A DNA stretch of 46,589 nucleotides, from assembly GCA_964555535.1 (NCBI GenBank), contig CAZKTK010000001.1:1-46589 (forward strand), written 5' to 3'. The stretch is from an uncultured Rhodospirillaceae bacterium. GTDB lineage: Bacteria > Pseudomonadota > Alphaproteobacteria > UBA7887. This document shows positions 1 through 9,100 of the stretch, piece by piece. Position 1 is the first letter of the stretch, and each line of letters opens with the position of its first letter. The notes below the pieces were generated by a model. It saw only the letters and a program-made list of their open reading frames with translations, did not search any database and was not told the origin of the DNA. Both the position numbers and the translations under genes were made by a program.

Positions 1-1
1 T

Positions 2-646
2 TACGAGGTCAACAATCTCGAATTGGCCACGATCAACCTGACCATGACCAACCTGAGAACGGTGATGGGCTCGATGGATCTCGATGAGCTGCTGTCCCAG
101 CGCGAGCAGATCAACAGCCGCATTCTGACGGTGGTCGACGAGGCCACCAATCCCTGGGGCGTCAAGATCACCCGCATCGAGATCAAGGACATCTCGCCGC
201 CGCGAGACCTGGTCGATTCCATGGCCCGGCAGATGAAGGCCGAGCGCGAGCGCCGTGCCTTGATCCTCGAAGCCGAAGGCGAGCGCCAGTCGCAGATCCT
301 GAAAGCCGAGGGCGCCAAGCAGGCGGTCGTGCTCGATGCCGAAGGCAAGCGCGAAGCCGCCTTCCGCGAGGCCGAGGCGCGCGAGCGTGCCGCCGAAGCC
401 GAGGCCAAGGCAACGACCATGGTCTCCGAGGCGATCGCCGCCGGCGACGTGCAGGCCATCAACTACTTCGTCGCCCAGCGCTATATCGAGGCCTTGCAGG
501 GGATCGCCAGCGCCGACAACGAGAAGGTGGTGCTGATGCCGCTCGAAGCCTCGGGCGTGATCGGCGCCGTGGCCGGTGTCGCCGAGCTCGCCAAGCAGGC
601 CGGCGTGGCGCGTGGCGGCGACGGGCCCTGGAACCGGGACGCCTGA
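2..646 (+). CDS. SPFH/band-7 (stomatin/QmcA-like) protein, 5' end outside window
   Basis: The frame is open from base 2 ([13 protein letters not shown]...), so the listed TTG at 23 is internal. It has the SPFH core '[18 protein letters not shown]' and a coiled-coil tail '[27 protein letters not shown]'. An NfeD gene follows 3 nt later, as in qmcA-ybbJ pairs. Confidence 0.85.
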   Translation, partial: YEVNNLELATINLTMTNLRTVMGSMDLDELLSQREQINSRILTVVDEATNPWGVKITRIEIKDISPPRDLVDSMARQMKAERERRALILEAEGERQSQILKAEGAKQAVVLDAEGKREAAFREAEARERAAEAEAKATTMVSEAIAAGDVQAINYFVAQRYIEALQGIASADNEKVVLMPLEASGVIGAVAGVAELAKQAGVARGGDGPWNRDA

Positions 647-649
647 GCC

Positions 650-1114
650 ATGGAAATGGACCCCACCTTTTTCACAGAGGTCCAATATTGGCATTGGTGG
701 ATCGCCGGCGTCGCCTTCATCATCCTGGAGATCCTGCTGCCGGGAACCCTGTTCCTCTGGCTCGGCGTTTCGGCCGGCGTCACGGGTCTGCTGCTGCTGG
801 CTTTGCCGGAGTTCGACTGGCGCTATCAGATGCTGGTGTTCTCGGCGCTGTCGATCGTCAGCATCTATGTCGGGCGCAAGTTCTGGCGCCCGGGACAGGT
901 CGAGACCGACAGGCCCGACCTCAACCGCCGCGGCGACCAGCATATCGGCCGCGTCTATACCCTGGCGGAGCCCATCAGCAATGGCCGCGGCCGGGCGCGG
1001 GTCGGCGACAGCTTGTGGCTGGTGGCGGGCGAGGACATGCCGGTCGGCACCGAGGTCAAGGTCATCGATGTCGATGGCACCGTGCTCAATGTGGAGCGGG
1101 TCGAAGCCGAATAG
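650..1114 (+). CDS. NfeD family membrane protein (stomatin partner)
   Basis: It has two N-terminal hydrophobic helices (WWIAGVAFIILEILLPGTLFLWLGVSAGVTGLLLLAL). The C-terminal OB-like soluble domain is 'GRVYTLAEPISNGRGRARVGDSLWLVAGEDMPVGTEVKVIDVDGTVLNVE'. It lies immediately downstream of the SPFH gene. Confidence 0.8.
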   Translation: MEMDPTFFTEVQYWHWWIAGVAFIILEILLPGTLFLWLGVSAGVTGLLLLALPEFDWRYQMLVFSALSIVSIYVGRKFWRPGQVETDRPDLNRRGDQHIGRVYTLAEPISNGRGRARVGDSLWLVAGEDMPVGTEVKVIDVDGTVLNVERVEAE

Positions 1115-1117
1115 CGC

Positions 1118-1792
1118 CTATTCGTGGTCGAAGACAAAGCGGCCGTTGATGGTCTGGAAGCGCGGCAGCGGCCGGTGCTTGGGCATTTCCGGCCGTGTTT
1201 CCATAATGCGGCGCACTTCCTCGAGCACCAGATGGGTGACTTGCGGAATGGGGAGCGACAGCGCGTCGTCGAGCGGCACCCAGTGCAAGTCCAGCAACTC
1301 GTCGTCGCCGCCCAGCTCGCCCGTGGCATTGGCCGCATCCGCCAGGAAGAAGCGCGCATTGAAGCGCCGCGGCCGCCCCGGTGGCGTCACCGCGCGATAG
1401 ATATAGTCAAGGCAGTCCAGCGCCGGCGCCAAGCCGCGCTCGCTGAAGGCATCCCAGGGCGTCCGCGTCGTCGGGCGCATGCCATAGGGCAGGGGCTGCG
1501 CCAGCAGCAGGCCGGTCTCCTCCCAGGTCTCGCGCACCGCTGCCACGGCCAGGGCGTGGGCACGGGCCGGCGTGGCGGCACGCTCCAAACGATCGCGCAC
1601 CTCGGGGCGAAGCTCGCTCGCCACCCGCACCCGATGGTCGTAAGGGTCGACGCGACCGCCGGGGAAGACATAGCGGTTCGGCATGAAGGCGTGCTTGGCG
1701 TGGCGCTGGCCGAGCAGAACCTCCGCCGCACCATGGCTGTGGCGCAACAGAATGAGCGTGGCGGCGTCTTTGGGGCGTGGCGAGCTGGGCAT
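1118..1792 (-). CDS. NUDIX hydrolase (CoA-pyrophosphatase-like)
   Basis: Nudix box region 'FPGGRVDP...AAVRETWEETGLLL'. The full ORF has high GC3. Confidence 0.8.
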   Translation of the reverse strand: MPSSPRPKDAATLILLRHSHGAAEVLLGQRHAKHAFMPNRYVFPGGRVDPYDHRVRVASELRPEVRDRLERAATPARAHALAVAAVRETWEETGLLLAQPLPYGMRPTTRTPWDAFSERGLAPALDCLDYIYRAVTPPGRPRRFNARFFLADAANATGELGGDDELLDLHWVPLDDALSLPIPQVTHLVLEEVRRIMETRPEMPKHRPLPRFQTINGRFVFDHE

Positions 1793-1897
1793 GGCGGTCC
1801 GGGCAGGGTTAGGGTGGCGCCATCATAGCGGGCTCGCCAAGAGACGCCACTTCCGCCTATACCAATCGGCGCTGAGAGTTTTTCGGAAAGGCAAACC

Positions 1898-2704
1898 ATG
1901 GCCACGCTGCAAACCGCCCACGGCGACATCTGGTACGACATCGTCGATCTCACCCCGCCCTGGGAAGCCGCGCCCGAGACGGTGCTGTTTCACCACGGTG
2001 TCGGCATCGATCATCGTATCTGGTGCAAGTGGTGGCCGATCCTGTCGCGGCGCTTCCGCCTGGTGCGCTTCGACGTGCGCGGCTATGGCCGCTCGGCGGA
2101 GGCGGGCGTCGGCTATGACTGGTCGATGCCGGGCCTGGCCGCCGATGCCCTGGCCGTGGCCGCGGCGGCCGGCGCCGAACGCTTTCATTACGTTGGCGAA
2201 TCGATGGGCGGCGCGCTTGGCTATTACCTCGCCATTCATCATGCCGATGCGCTTCTGAGCCTGATCTCGTGCACCGCCCCGCACAAGGGGGTCGCCGTTT
2301 CCGGTTTGGGCGCCTGGCGAGAGAAGATCGAAGGCGACGGCATGGCCGCCTGGTCCGAGACCATGATGGGCCGACGCTTCTTCCCCGGCGGGATTGCCCA
2401 AGCCGAGTGGGACTGGTTCCATGCCTGCCAGTCGGCCTGTGACCCCAACGTGATTCTGGGCCAGGGCGACATGCTGGCCGACGTGGATTTGTCGGACGAG
2501 CTCGGGCGCATCGCCGTGCCGACGCTGATGATCGCCGGCGATTCGAGTCCCTTCCTGTCGCCGCCGACCCTTGCGGACACCCATTCCCGGGTCCCCGGCG
2601 CGAAGCTGCTGCTCTGCGCCAATGCCCGCCACGGCGTGGTGCTCAGCCACGGCACCGCCGCTGCGCAAGCCATGCTCAATTTCGTCGATGGGCTATCGGC
2701 GTGA
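1898..2704 (+). CDS. alpha/beta-fold hydrolase (3-oxoadipate enol-lactonase-like)
   Basis: Oxyanion 'LFHHGVG', nucleophile elbow 'GESMGG', C-terminal 'ARHGVVLSH'. An RBS-like 'GGAAAGG' lies upstream of the ATG. Confidence 0.8.
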   Translation: MATLQTAHGDIWYDIVDLTPPWEAAPETVLFHHGVGIDHRIWCKWWPILSRRFRLVRFDVRGYGRSAEAGVGYDWSMPGLAADALAVAAAAGAERFHYVGESMGGALGYYLAIHHADALLSLISCTAPHKGVAVSGLGAWREKIEGDGMAAWSETMMGRRFFPGGIAQAEWDWFHACQSACDPNVILGQGDMLADVDLSDELGRIAVPTLMIAGDSSPFLSPPTLADTHSRVPGAKLLLCANARHGVVLSHGTAAAQAMLNFVDGLSA

Positions 2705-2734
2705 TGCCGTACGGAGACCGAAGCGGATACGGGA

Positions 2735-4172
2735 TCAGTTGAGGGGGCGCGATACGCGGAAGCCGCCATCATCGCCGCGGGCGTCCTGGCGCCAGGGGCC
2801 GAGGCCGCTGTAGGGACCGGCCGCCCATGAGCCGCCGAGACATGGCGGCCCGCGCCAGCCGCCGCCGGAGCCCCAAAACTGACAATCCGCGACTAGCTCG
2901 CAGACATTGCCGACGACATCATGAAGGCCGAAGGGGTTCGCCGGAAAACGCCCCACAGGTGCGGTCTGGCTCTCGTCCCAATGGCCGTCACAGCCACCGC
3001 AATGGGCGTTGTCGCTGCCCACATCGTCGCCCCACCAAAACCGCCCGCTGGTGCCGGCACGCGCCACATATTGCCATTCCGCATCGGTCGGCAGCGTATA
3101 GCGCATTCCCGTCACGTCGCTCAGCCATCGCACATAGGCCTGTGCATCCTGCCAGGACACGTCGATCACCGGCCTGTCGCCGCGCCCCCAGCCCCTGTCA
3201 TCGGGCCGATGAGCGCAGCCCCCGCCGGCCACGCAGGCGTCCCATTCTGCGAATGTCACCTCGTAGCGCCCGATCGCGAAACCGTCCGCCACCATGGGAG
3301 CCCGGACAGGGCCCTGGCCAGAGACGCAGGCCGTCATTTGCTCTTCCGGGTCCAGCTCTTCCTCGGCATCCGGCGGCAAGCTCCCCGCCGGCACCACGAC
3401 CATATCCGGGCAGGCCGGGCAGTCGCGGAATATCTCACCCGGGCTGTAGCTCGATGCGACGGGCGCAGGCGCCGCCTCCTGAAGCTCGGCGAGACGGATG
3501 CGGGCGAAGGCTGCCATCGGGCTGTCGGGGTAAAGGCTGAGGAAGGTCTCGAAATCCTGTGCGCGGCCGCGGTCCGCGATCCTGTCCCACGCCGCCAGCG
3601 AGTCGTCGCCATGCGCCGGCGCAGCAGCGGGACGCGCCCCCCGGCGCCTGCCAGGTTCCGAGGCTGTCGGCGATGGGACCGATGATCGGATCCCATTTGT
3701 CGCGCGCGGCGATGTCATAGCGGATCTCGAGTGTGGCGATGATATCGTCGCCGAAGGGATCCTCTCCGAGCTCCGCACGCAGATAGAATATCCGACCGCC
3801 TTCCGTGCCGGACAAGACCAGCCAATCGTCTCCGCCGGCCTGATAGGTAATCTCTCCGCCGTCCGTGCCATAAAGCGCCGACATGAAGGCGACATACTGG
3901 GTCCAGTTGTCGACAACGACGAATGCGTATGCCCCGGTCACCCGGACCTCTCCGCTCCCGTCGGGGCTCGTGAAGGCCCGACCATCGTCATTATCGGGTC
4001 GCGGACCCTGGATGAAGCCATTGGGAATGTCGGCGTGAAAACCGAACCGGCCATTCTCGTACTGGCTGGTCCCGTTATCCAAATACGAGGCCGCCTGCGA
4101 CGGAAGAGCCGCAAGCATCAATGCTGCAGCAATCTGAACAAGAAGACCAAGACCGGAATAGACATGCAACAT
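2735..4172 (-). pseudogene. secreted protein with N-terminal unknown domain plus FGE-sulfatase (SUMF1/EgtB/PvdO) domain, frameshifted in a C6/G6 run
   Basis: ORF 3435..4202 is protein-like only upstream of about 3645: signal peptide MLHVYSGLGLLVQIAAALMLAALPSQAAS, with GGGAGGA 6 nt before the ATG at 4172. ORF 2735..3916 is protein-like only downstream of that point ('DSLAAWDRI...FRDCPACPDMVVVPAG...RYEVTFAEWDACV...GFRVSR'). Deleting one base of the run at 3637-3642 joins them as one 478-codon frame. Confidence 0.6.
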
Positions 4173-4227
4173 ATTGCGTCCTCCCCCCATCCGGCATAGC
4201 AAGCCGCTTTATGCCAAGGCAACCACT

Positions 4228-5286
4228 TTAGGATGCTTGCTGCGGCGCCAATCCGGCATCGAAGTCCTCGGCCACACGATTGTCCTGCTCGAACTGGGCC
4301 TCGGCGTCGATGTCGGCAAGATCGAGGATGCCCATGTCGGCGTAAGCCTGTTGCACTTTCGGCCCCCACAGGCCGATCGCCCTGACCGTCGGTACGATGC
4401 GGCTGAACAGGCGGCCGCGGAACTGGCGCATGGCGTCCGAGCCATCCACATAGGCGATGCATTCATCGGCCGGCAGGCCGAGATTGTCCCACAGCTCGCG
4501 CGCCAGGAAACGGTCGCGCATCAGGTAGCAGGCCTCGACGACGAACTCCTCGCGCTCGGCGCGCTCGGCATCGCTGAGCTCGGGATAGTAGTCCTGCAGC
4601 GCCAGGCGACCGAAGCTGACATGGCGCGCCTCGTCCTGCAAGACATAGGCGTTGACCTGCGCTGCCAGGGGGTTGCTCGACTGGTCGCGGATGCGTTGGA
4701 AGGCAGCCAGCGCCAGGCCCTCGATAAGCACCTGCATGCCGAGATAGGTGAAATCCCAGCGGCTGTCGCTGATGACATTGTCGAGAAGCGCCTGCAGCGG
4801 CGGGGTGATGGGATAGGCAAGGCCGAACTTGTCGCGCAGCAGGCGCGAAAAGGCCTCGACATGGCGCGCCTCGTCCATGGTCTGGGTGGCGGCATAGAAC
4901 TTGGCGTCGAGATCGGGCACCAACTGCACGAGCTTGGCGGCACAGACCAGCGCCCCCTGTTCGCCATGCAGGAACTGCGAGGTGGTGTGGGCCTGCTGGT
5001 GGTGGCGGAGCCGCGTGCGCTCCTCGTCCGTCAAGCGGTTCCAAACCTCCGAGCCATAGATAAGGATCGCCTGGTCGGGCAGGCCCATGGGATTTTCCGG
5101 GTCGAGATCCTGCGACCAGTCGATGCGCTCGGCGGCATCCCACTGCTGCTTCTTGCCTTTGTCGTACAAGGCCAGCAGACGTTCATTGCCGTCGTCATAG
5201 GCCCACCGCAGCGTGGTCTCCATACTGCCGCCGGTCTTCCACTCGGTCTGATCGACCGGAAGGGCGTAGGTGAAACTGCTGGCCAT
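4228..5286 (-). CDS. ferritin-like diiron oxygenase (AurF-like family)
   Basis: Two 'DEARH' boxes (TMDEARHVEAF, LQDEARHVSF) plus carboxylate helices 'HGEQGA' and 'VLIEGLA'. The start is taken at MASSFTY (cat at 5284-5286), preceded by AGGGGGAA. The 22 extra codons in the listed ORF are rejected. Confidence 0.65.
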   Translation of the reverse strand: MASSFTYALPVDQTEWKTGGSMETTLRWAYDDGNERLLALYDKGKKQQWDAAERIDWSQDLDPENPMGLPDQAILIYGSEVWNRLTDEERTRLRHHQQAHTTSQFLHGEQGALVCAAKLVQLVPDLDAKFYAATQTMDEARHVEAFSRLLRDKFGLAYPITPPLQALLDNVISDSRWDFTYLGMQVLIEGLALAAFQRIRDQSSNPLAAQVNAYVLQDEARHVSFGRLALQDYYPELSDAERAEREEFVVEACYLMRDRFLARELWDNLGLPADECIAYVDGSDAMRQFRGRLFSRIVPTVRAIGLWGPKVQQAYADMGILDLADIDAEAQFEQDNRVAEDFDAGLAPQQAS

Positions 5287-5296
5287 CGTATTCCCC

Positions 5297-6208
5297 CTAG
5301 CCGTACATCCTTCGCCCCGGCTCCGGCATGTCGGCAACCAGAATGCTGCCACTTTCAGACTCGGTTATGTAGAGCTTTTTGTTATCCGGCCCACCATAGG
5401 CGATATTGGTGGTCATGGCGCCCTCGCAGCTGCGCACCCGCGCGATGGGCTCGCCGAGACGGCTGAACAGCCACACCGTGCCGAGCCCCGCATGGGCCAC
5501 GGCGAGGTTCCCGGCGACATCGAGCGCCATGCCGTCGGGACCGGCGAGGCCGCCGGACATCTGCACGAAAACGCCGACTTTGGTGGCCTCGCCGCCAGGC
5601 AGCATGGGCACGCGCCAGACCGCGTTGTCCCGGGTCACGGCGAGGTAGAGAATCTTTTCCTCGAGATTGGTCACCAGGCCATTGGGGCTTGGGATACCTT
5701 CCAGCACCCGGTCGAGACTGCCGTCGAGGCGCAATCGATATAAGCGGCCGGAGGCATCGTGCAGCCCGGTCTGGCCCTGATCGGTGAAGTAGAGGGTGCC
5801 GTCAGCGGTGAAGAACAGGTCGTTGCAGCCCTTGAAACGCTCGAGCCTGGGCCTGTCCATCGCCGGGCTGATCGCCCCGGTCCCCGGATCCAGCTGCAGA
5901 ATGCCCTGCTTGTGGTCGGCAATGAAGATGCGCCCGTCGGCGTGAAACTTGAGGCCGTTGGGCTCGCCGTCATATTCGGCCGCGCAGGTCCATTCGCCAT
6001 CCGGCGAGACGCGGAAAATGCGGCCATAGGGGATATCGACCAGCCACAGATTCCCCATCGCATCGAAGGAGGGTCCCTCCAGAAAGCAGTCGGTCGTGTC
6101 GCCCAGCAACATGATATCGGCCCATTCGCTGCGCTTCCCGGGCTTACGGAAATGATCCGGCATGCGGCTGAAGACGCGGGTTTCGATATCGGGTGGCGCT
6201 GCGAACAT
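5297..6208 (-). CDS. SMP-30/gluconolactonase/LRE family protein
   Basis: 'EGPSFDAMGNLWLVDIPYGRIFRVSPDG', 'NGLKFHADGRIFIADH', 'CNDLFFTADGTLYFTD' and 'PDGMALDVAGNLAVA' are beta-propeller lactonase repeats. The start at MFAAPPD is preceded by GAGGGGG. Confidence 0.8.
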   Translation of the reverse strand: MFAAPPDIETRVFSRMPDHFRKPGKRSEWADIMLLGDTTDCFLEGPSFDAMGNLWLVDIPYGRIFRVSPDGEWTCAAEYDGEPNGLKFHADGRIFIADHKQGILQLDPGTGAISPAMDRPRLERFKGCNDLFFTADGTLYFTDQGQTGLHDASGRLYRLRLDGSLDRVLEGIPSPNGLVTNLEEKILYLAVTRDNAVWRVPMLPGGEATKVGVFVQMSGGLAGPDGMALDVAGNLAVAHAGLGTVWLFSRLGEPIARVRSCEGAMTTNIAYGGPDNKKLYITESESGSILVADMPEPGRRMYG

Positions 6209-6218
6209 GGGTGCCCCC

Positions 6219-7511
6219 TCAATGCAGAGCAAAAAGAACAATCGATGGCCAGATAACCATCAGCACGACGGCGAAGAGGATAAGCAGCACGAAGGGCAGC
6301 GTGCCATGCACCACATCGCCGATGGTTACGGTTTCATCGCCCGCCAGGGATTGACCCGCCACCGCCCGGATCACGAACAGGTTCAACCCCACCGGCGGCG
6401 TGATCAGGGCGCATTCGATCATCATGGTGAAGATGACGCCGAACCAGATCGGGTCGATGCCAAGGTCGAACAGGGCCGGCTGCACCACGGGCACGACCAG
6501 CAGCATCATCGACAAGGCTTCGAGCACGCAGCCCATGGCGAGCAGCAATATGCAGATGGTGGCAATGAACAGCTCGGGCGTGGCGATGCTGCCGATAACC
6601 AGGTCGGTTACCTCCTGAGGGATCCGATAGAGCGTCAATGCCTTGCCGAAAACGCTGGCAGCGGCGACGATGAACAGGATCATGGCCGAGGTCCGCGCCG
6701 ATTCGAGGGCAATAGGCAAGAGATCGCCTATGCGCAGGCTGCGGCGCAGGCCGAGGGTAATGGCAAGCGCCAGCAGGAATCCGACACCGGCCGCTTCGGT
6801 CGGGGTGAAGGCGCCGAGATAGATACCGAGCACGATGACCAGCGCCAATGCCAGGGTCGGCGCGGCGCGGCGGCTCGCTGCCCGTCGCGTTTGCCAATCC
6901 GCCTGCGGCTCGGGCTGCCAGCCGCCGCCGAACTTCGCCCGCAACACCGCATAGGCGACGAACAGCGCCGTCAAGATGAGGCCCGGGACGATACCGGCGC
7001 GGAAGAGATCGACGATCGATTCCGACATCACCACGCCGTAGACGATCATCGGAATCGACGGCGGGATGAGAATGCCGAGCGTGCCGCCCGCCGCCAACAG
7101 GCCGTAGGTAAAGCGGCGGCCGTAACCGCGCGCCACCATGGCCGGAATGGCAACCGTGCCGACAGTGGCCGCGGTTGCCACCGACGAGCCTGAGATGGCG
7201 GCGAACAAGGCGCAGGAGAGGATGGTCGCCACGGCCAGCCCACCCGGCCAGTGGCCGACCCAGCTTTGCACCGCTGCAAAGAGGTCGTCGCCTGCGCCGC
7301 CACGCAGCAGCACGTTCGACATCAGAATGAACAACGGCACCGCCAGCAGGATGAAGTTGTCCATGCTCGCCATCATGGTCTGCGGCATGATCAGCGGAGA
7401 GAAGCCGCCGATCAGCAGCAATGCCAGACCGAGCCCGGCCAAGGCGAAGGCGATATCGACACCGATCAGCAGTACCGCGAAAAGGGCGAGAAAGACGAGC
7501 AGCGCTTCCAT
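6219..7511 (-). CDS. dctM: TRAP transporter large permease subunit
   Basis: 430-aa polytopic protein. 'MDNFILLAVPLFILMSNVL', 'AISGSSVATAATVGTVAIPAM' and 'GTLGILIPPSIPMIVYG' are typical DctM blocks. Confidence 0.9.
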   Translation of the reverse strand: MEALLVFLALFAVLLIGVDIAFALAGLGLALLLIGGFSPLIMPQTMMASMDNFILLAVPLFILMSNVLLRGGAGDDLFAAVQSWVGHWPGGLAVATILSCALFAAISGSSVATAATVGTVAIPAMVARGYGRRFTYGLLAAGGTLGILIPPSIPMIVYGVVMSESIVDLFRAGIVPGLILTALFVAYAVLRAKFGGGWQPEPQADWQTRRAASRRAAPTLALALVIVLGIYLGAFTPTEAAGVGFLLALAITLGLRRSLRIGDLLPIALESARTSAMILFIVAAASVFGKALTLYRIPQEVTDLVIGSIATPELFIATICILLLAMGCVLEALSMMLLVVPVVQPALFDLGIDPIWFGVIFTMMIECALITPPVGLNLFVIRAVAGQSLAGDETVTIGDVVHGTLPFVLLILFAVVLMVIWPSIVLFALH

Positions 7512-7514
7512 CGC

Positions 7515-8030
7515 TCAGACGCTCGCCGGCTCGCCGCTTTCGCTGAGCCGCCCGGGCTCCACGAAGCTTCGCAGCAGGGTCGCCAGCGCCTGCAGGCCTG
7601 CCAGGTCGAGGCCGACAACCAGAGGCGCCTGCAACAGCCACATGGGCAGGCCGAGAGTGGAATCCGTGTATTGCTCCATCTCCACCGAGAAACGCAGCAG
7701 GGCTCCGGCATGCCAGGCCCCGGCGCCGGCGACCACTGCCACCACCAGCAGCACCAGGCGCGCCAGCCAAAGGCGTGCCGGGCGCGGCAATGCGCCGGCC
7801 AAGACAGTGATGCGAATATGCTCCCGTCGCGCCACCAGCCAGGCCGCGGCCAGGAAGACCGCGTAAATCTGCAGCAGGCGCGCGACCTCCTCGACCCACC
7901 GTGTCGGGGCCAGGAACAGGTAGCGCATGGCCACCTCGTAGCCGACGATCAGGCCAAGGGCGAAGAACGCCGCCGCCGCCAGCCAACCGCACAAACGGCT
8001 GGCGCCATCGATCAACGCCACGAGCCTCAT
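7515..8030 (-). CDS. dctQ: TRAP transporter small permease subunit
   Basis: 171 aa with four hydrophobic helices. It ends 3 nt upstream of dctM. The usual 'GYEVAMRYLF..PTRWVEE' DctQ N-terminal block is present. Confidence 0.8.
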   Translation of the reverse strand: MRLVALIDGASRLCGWLAAAAFFALGLIVGYEVAMRYLFLAPTRWVEEVARLLQIYAVFLAAAWLVARREHIRITVLAGALPRPARLWLARLVLLVVAVVAGAGAWHAGALLRFSVEMEQYTDSTLGLPMWLLQAPLVVGLDLAGLQALATLLRSFVEPGRLSESGEPASV

Positions 8031-8229
8031 GGGGCGCCCAATGCGGGAAATGGCAGCGGCCTTTGCGCGCGGCCAAACCGGCCTATATCAATGCCTGTCG
8101 TCATTGACCTGCAAAAGTAGGTTTTGACGGTATGGGGATTTGTGTCAGCATCCGTCAGTATAGAGAGAGCGCGTCTGACCGCACAGTCTGAGACGTAACG
8201 GTTGGTTCGTTGGCTCCGCGAGGCCGCAC

Positions 8230-9090
8230 ATGAACGTCCCCAAGGGCGAGGATTTCGCCGAGCAGACCTATGCCCGTGTGGTATTCGATACCATGCGGGA
8301 CGGCGTTGTGGTGGTGGACGATAAGAGCTTGATGCGGCTCGCAAATCCCGCCTGCGAAAAGATGTTCGGCTTCCCCGCGAGCGATCTCCTCGGCCGCCAC
8401 ATTTCGCTGGTGATTCCGGACTGGAACGACATAGAGACAGCGGATGGCGGAAACGGCGGCAAGACCGAAGGACGCCGCCAGGACGGCTCCCTCTTTCCCG
8501 TCGACCTGTCGCGGGCAAAGGCCGCAGTTGACGGCGCCTATCACCTGGTCTGCGTCATTCATGACCTGACCCAGGAGGAACTGCTGCGCCACGACGCATC
8601 AATCGACCCGCTGACCGGCGTGCTCAACCGGCGTGATCTGCTGGCCAAAGGCGGCGCCGAACTGGAGCGCTCCGGGCGTTACAGCCACCCTTGCACGGTG
8701 TTGATGCTCGATATCGATCATTTCAAGACCATCAACGATACGTTCGGGCATGCCGAGGGCGACGTCCCCCTGCAGCGCTTCGCCGCCGCCTGCGAGGAGA
8801 TTTTGCGCAAGAACGACATGTTCGGGCGCATGGGCGGTGAGGAATTCGCCATCGTGCTGCCGGAAACCAACGCGGAGGGCGGCCATCAGTTGGCCGAACG
8901 CCTGCGGGCCCGCGTTGCCGAGATCGAGATCGCAGCCGAGACCGAGCGCCGCCATATGACGGTCAGCATCGGCCTGGCCGAGCAGGCCTCGGCGGACGAC
9001 AATATCGAAGTGTTGCTGTCGCGCGCCGACCGGGCGCTCTATCGCGCCAAACAGGCCGGCCGCAACCGCGTCGTTGTCGGGACAGAGTAG
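8230..9090 (+). CDS. PAS-GGDEF diguanylate cyclase
   Basis: PAS region: 'VVFDTMRDGVVVVDDKSLMRLANPACEKMFGF...GRRQDGSLFPVDL'. GGDEF domain: 'DPLTGVLNRR', 'DIDHFKTINDTFGH', active site 'GGEEF', with an RxxD I-site (RKND) 5 residues upstream. Confidence 0.85.
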   Translation: MNVPKGEDFAEQTYARVVFDTMRDGVVVVDDKSLMRLANPACEKMFGFPASDLLGRHISLVIPDWNDIETADGGNGGKTEGRRQDGSLFPVDLSRAKAAVDGAYHLVCVIHDLTQEELLRHDASIDPLTGVLNRRDLLAKGGAELERSGRYSHPCTVLMLDIDHFKTINDTFGHAEGDVPLQRFAAACEEILRKNDMFGRMGGEEFAIVLPETNAEGGHQLAERLRARVAEIEIAAETERRHMTVSIGLAEQASADDNIEVLLSRADRALYRAKQAGRNRVVVGTE

Positions 9091-9100
9091 CCGGGCAGAC

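Noticed and set aside
1-462. 153-aa minus-strand ORF at the left edge, plus several other antisense ORFs in 180-1400
   Set aside because: It is antisense to the SPFH and NfeD genes, low-complexity (Ser/Ala/Arg), and has no motifs.
6334-8076. 580-aa minus-strand ORF overlapping dctM and dctQ in another frame
   Set aside because: Its composition is Arg/Gly/Pro-rich nonsense. The alternative frames give textbook DctM and DctQ membrane proteins.
8031-8229. Promoter or riboswitch-like structure in the 200-nt leader of the PAS-GGDEF gene
   Set aside because: I saw only short 5-7-bp hairpins and TTGAC-like hexamers without a convincing -10 at proper spacing. I could not match it to any riboswitch class by eye.
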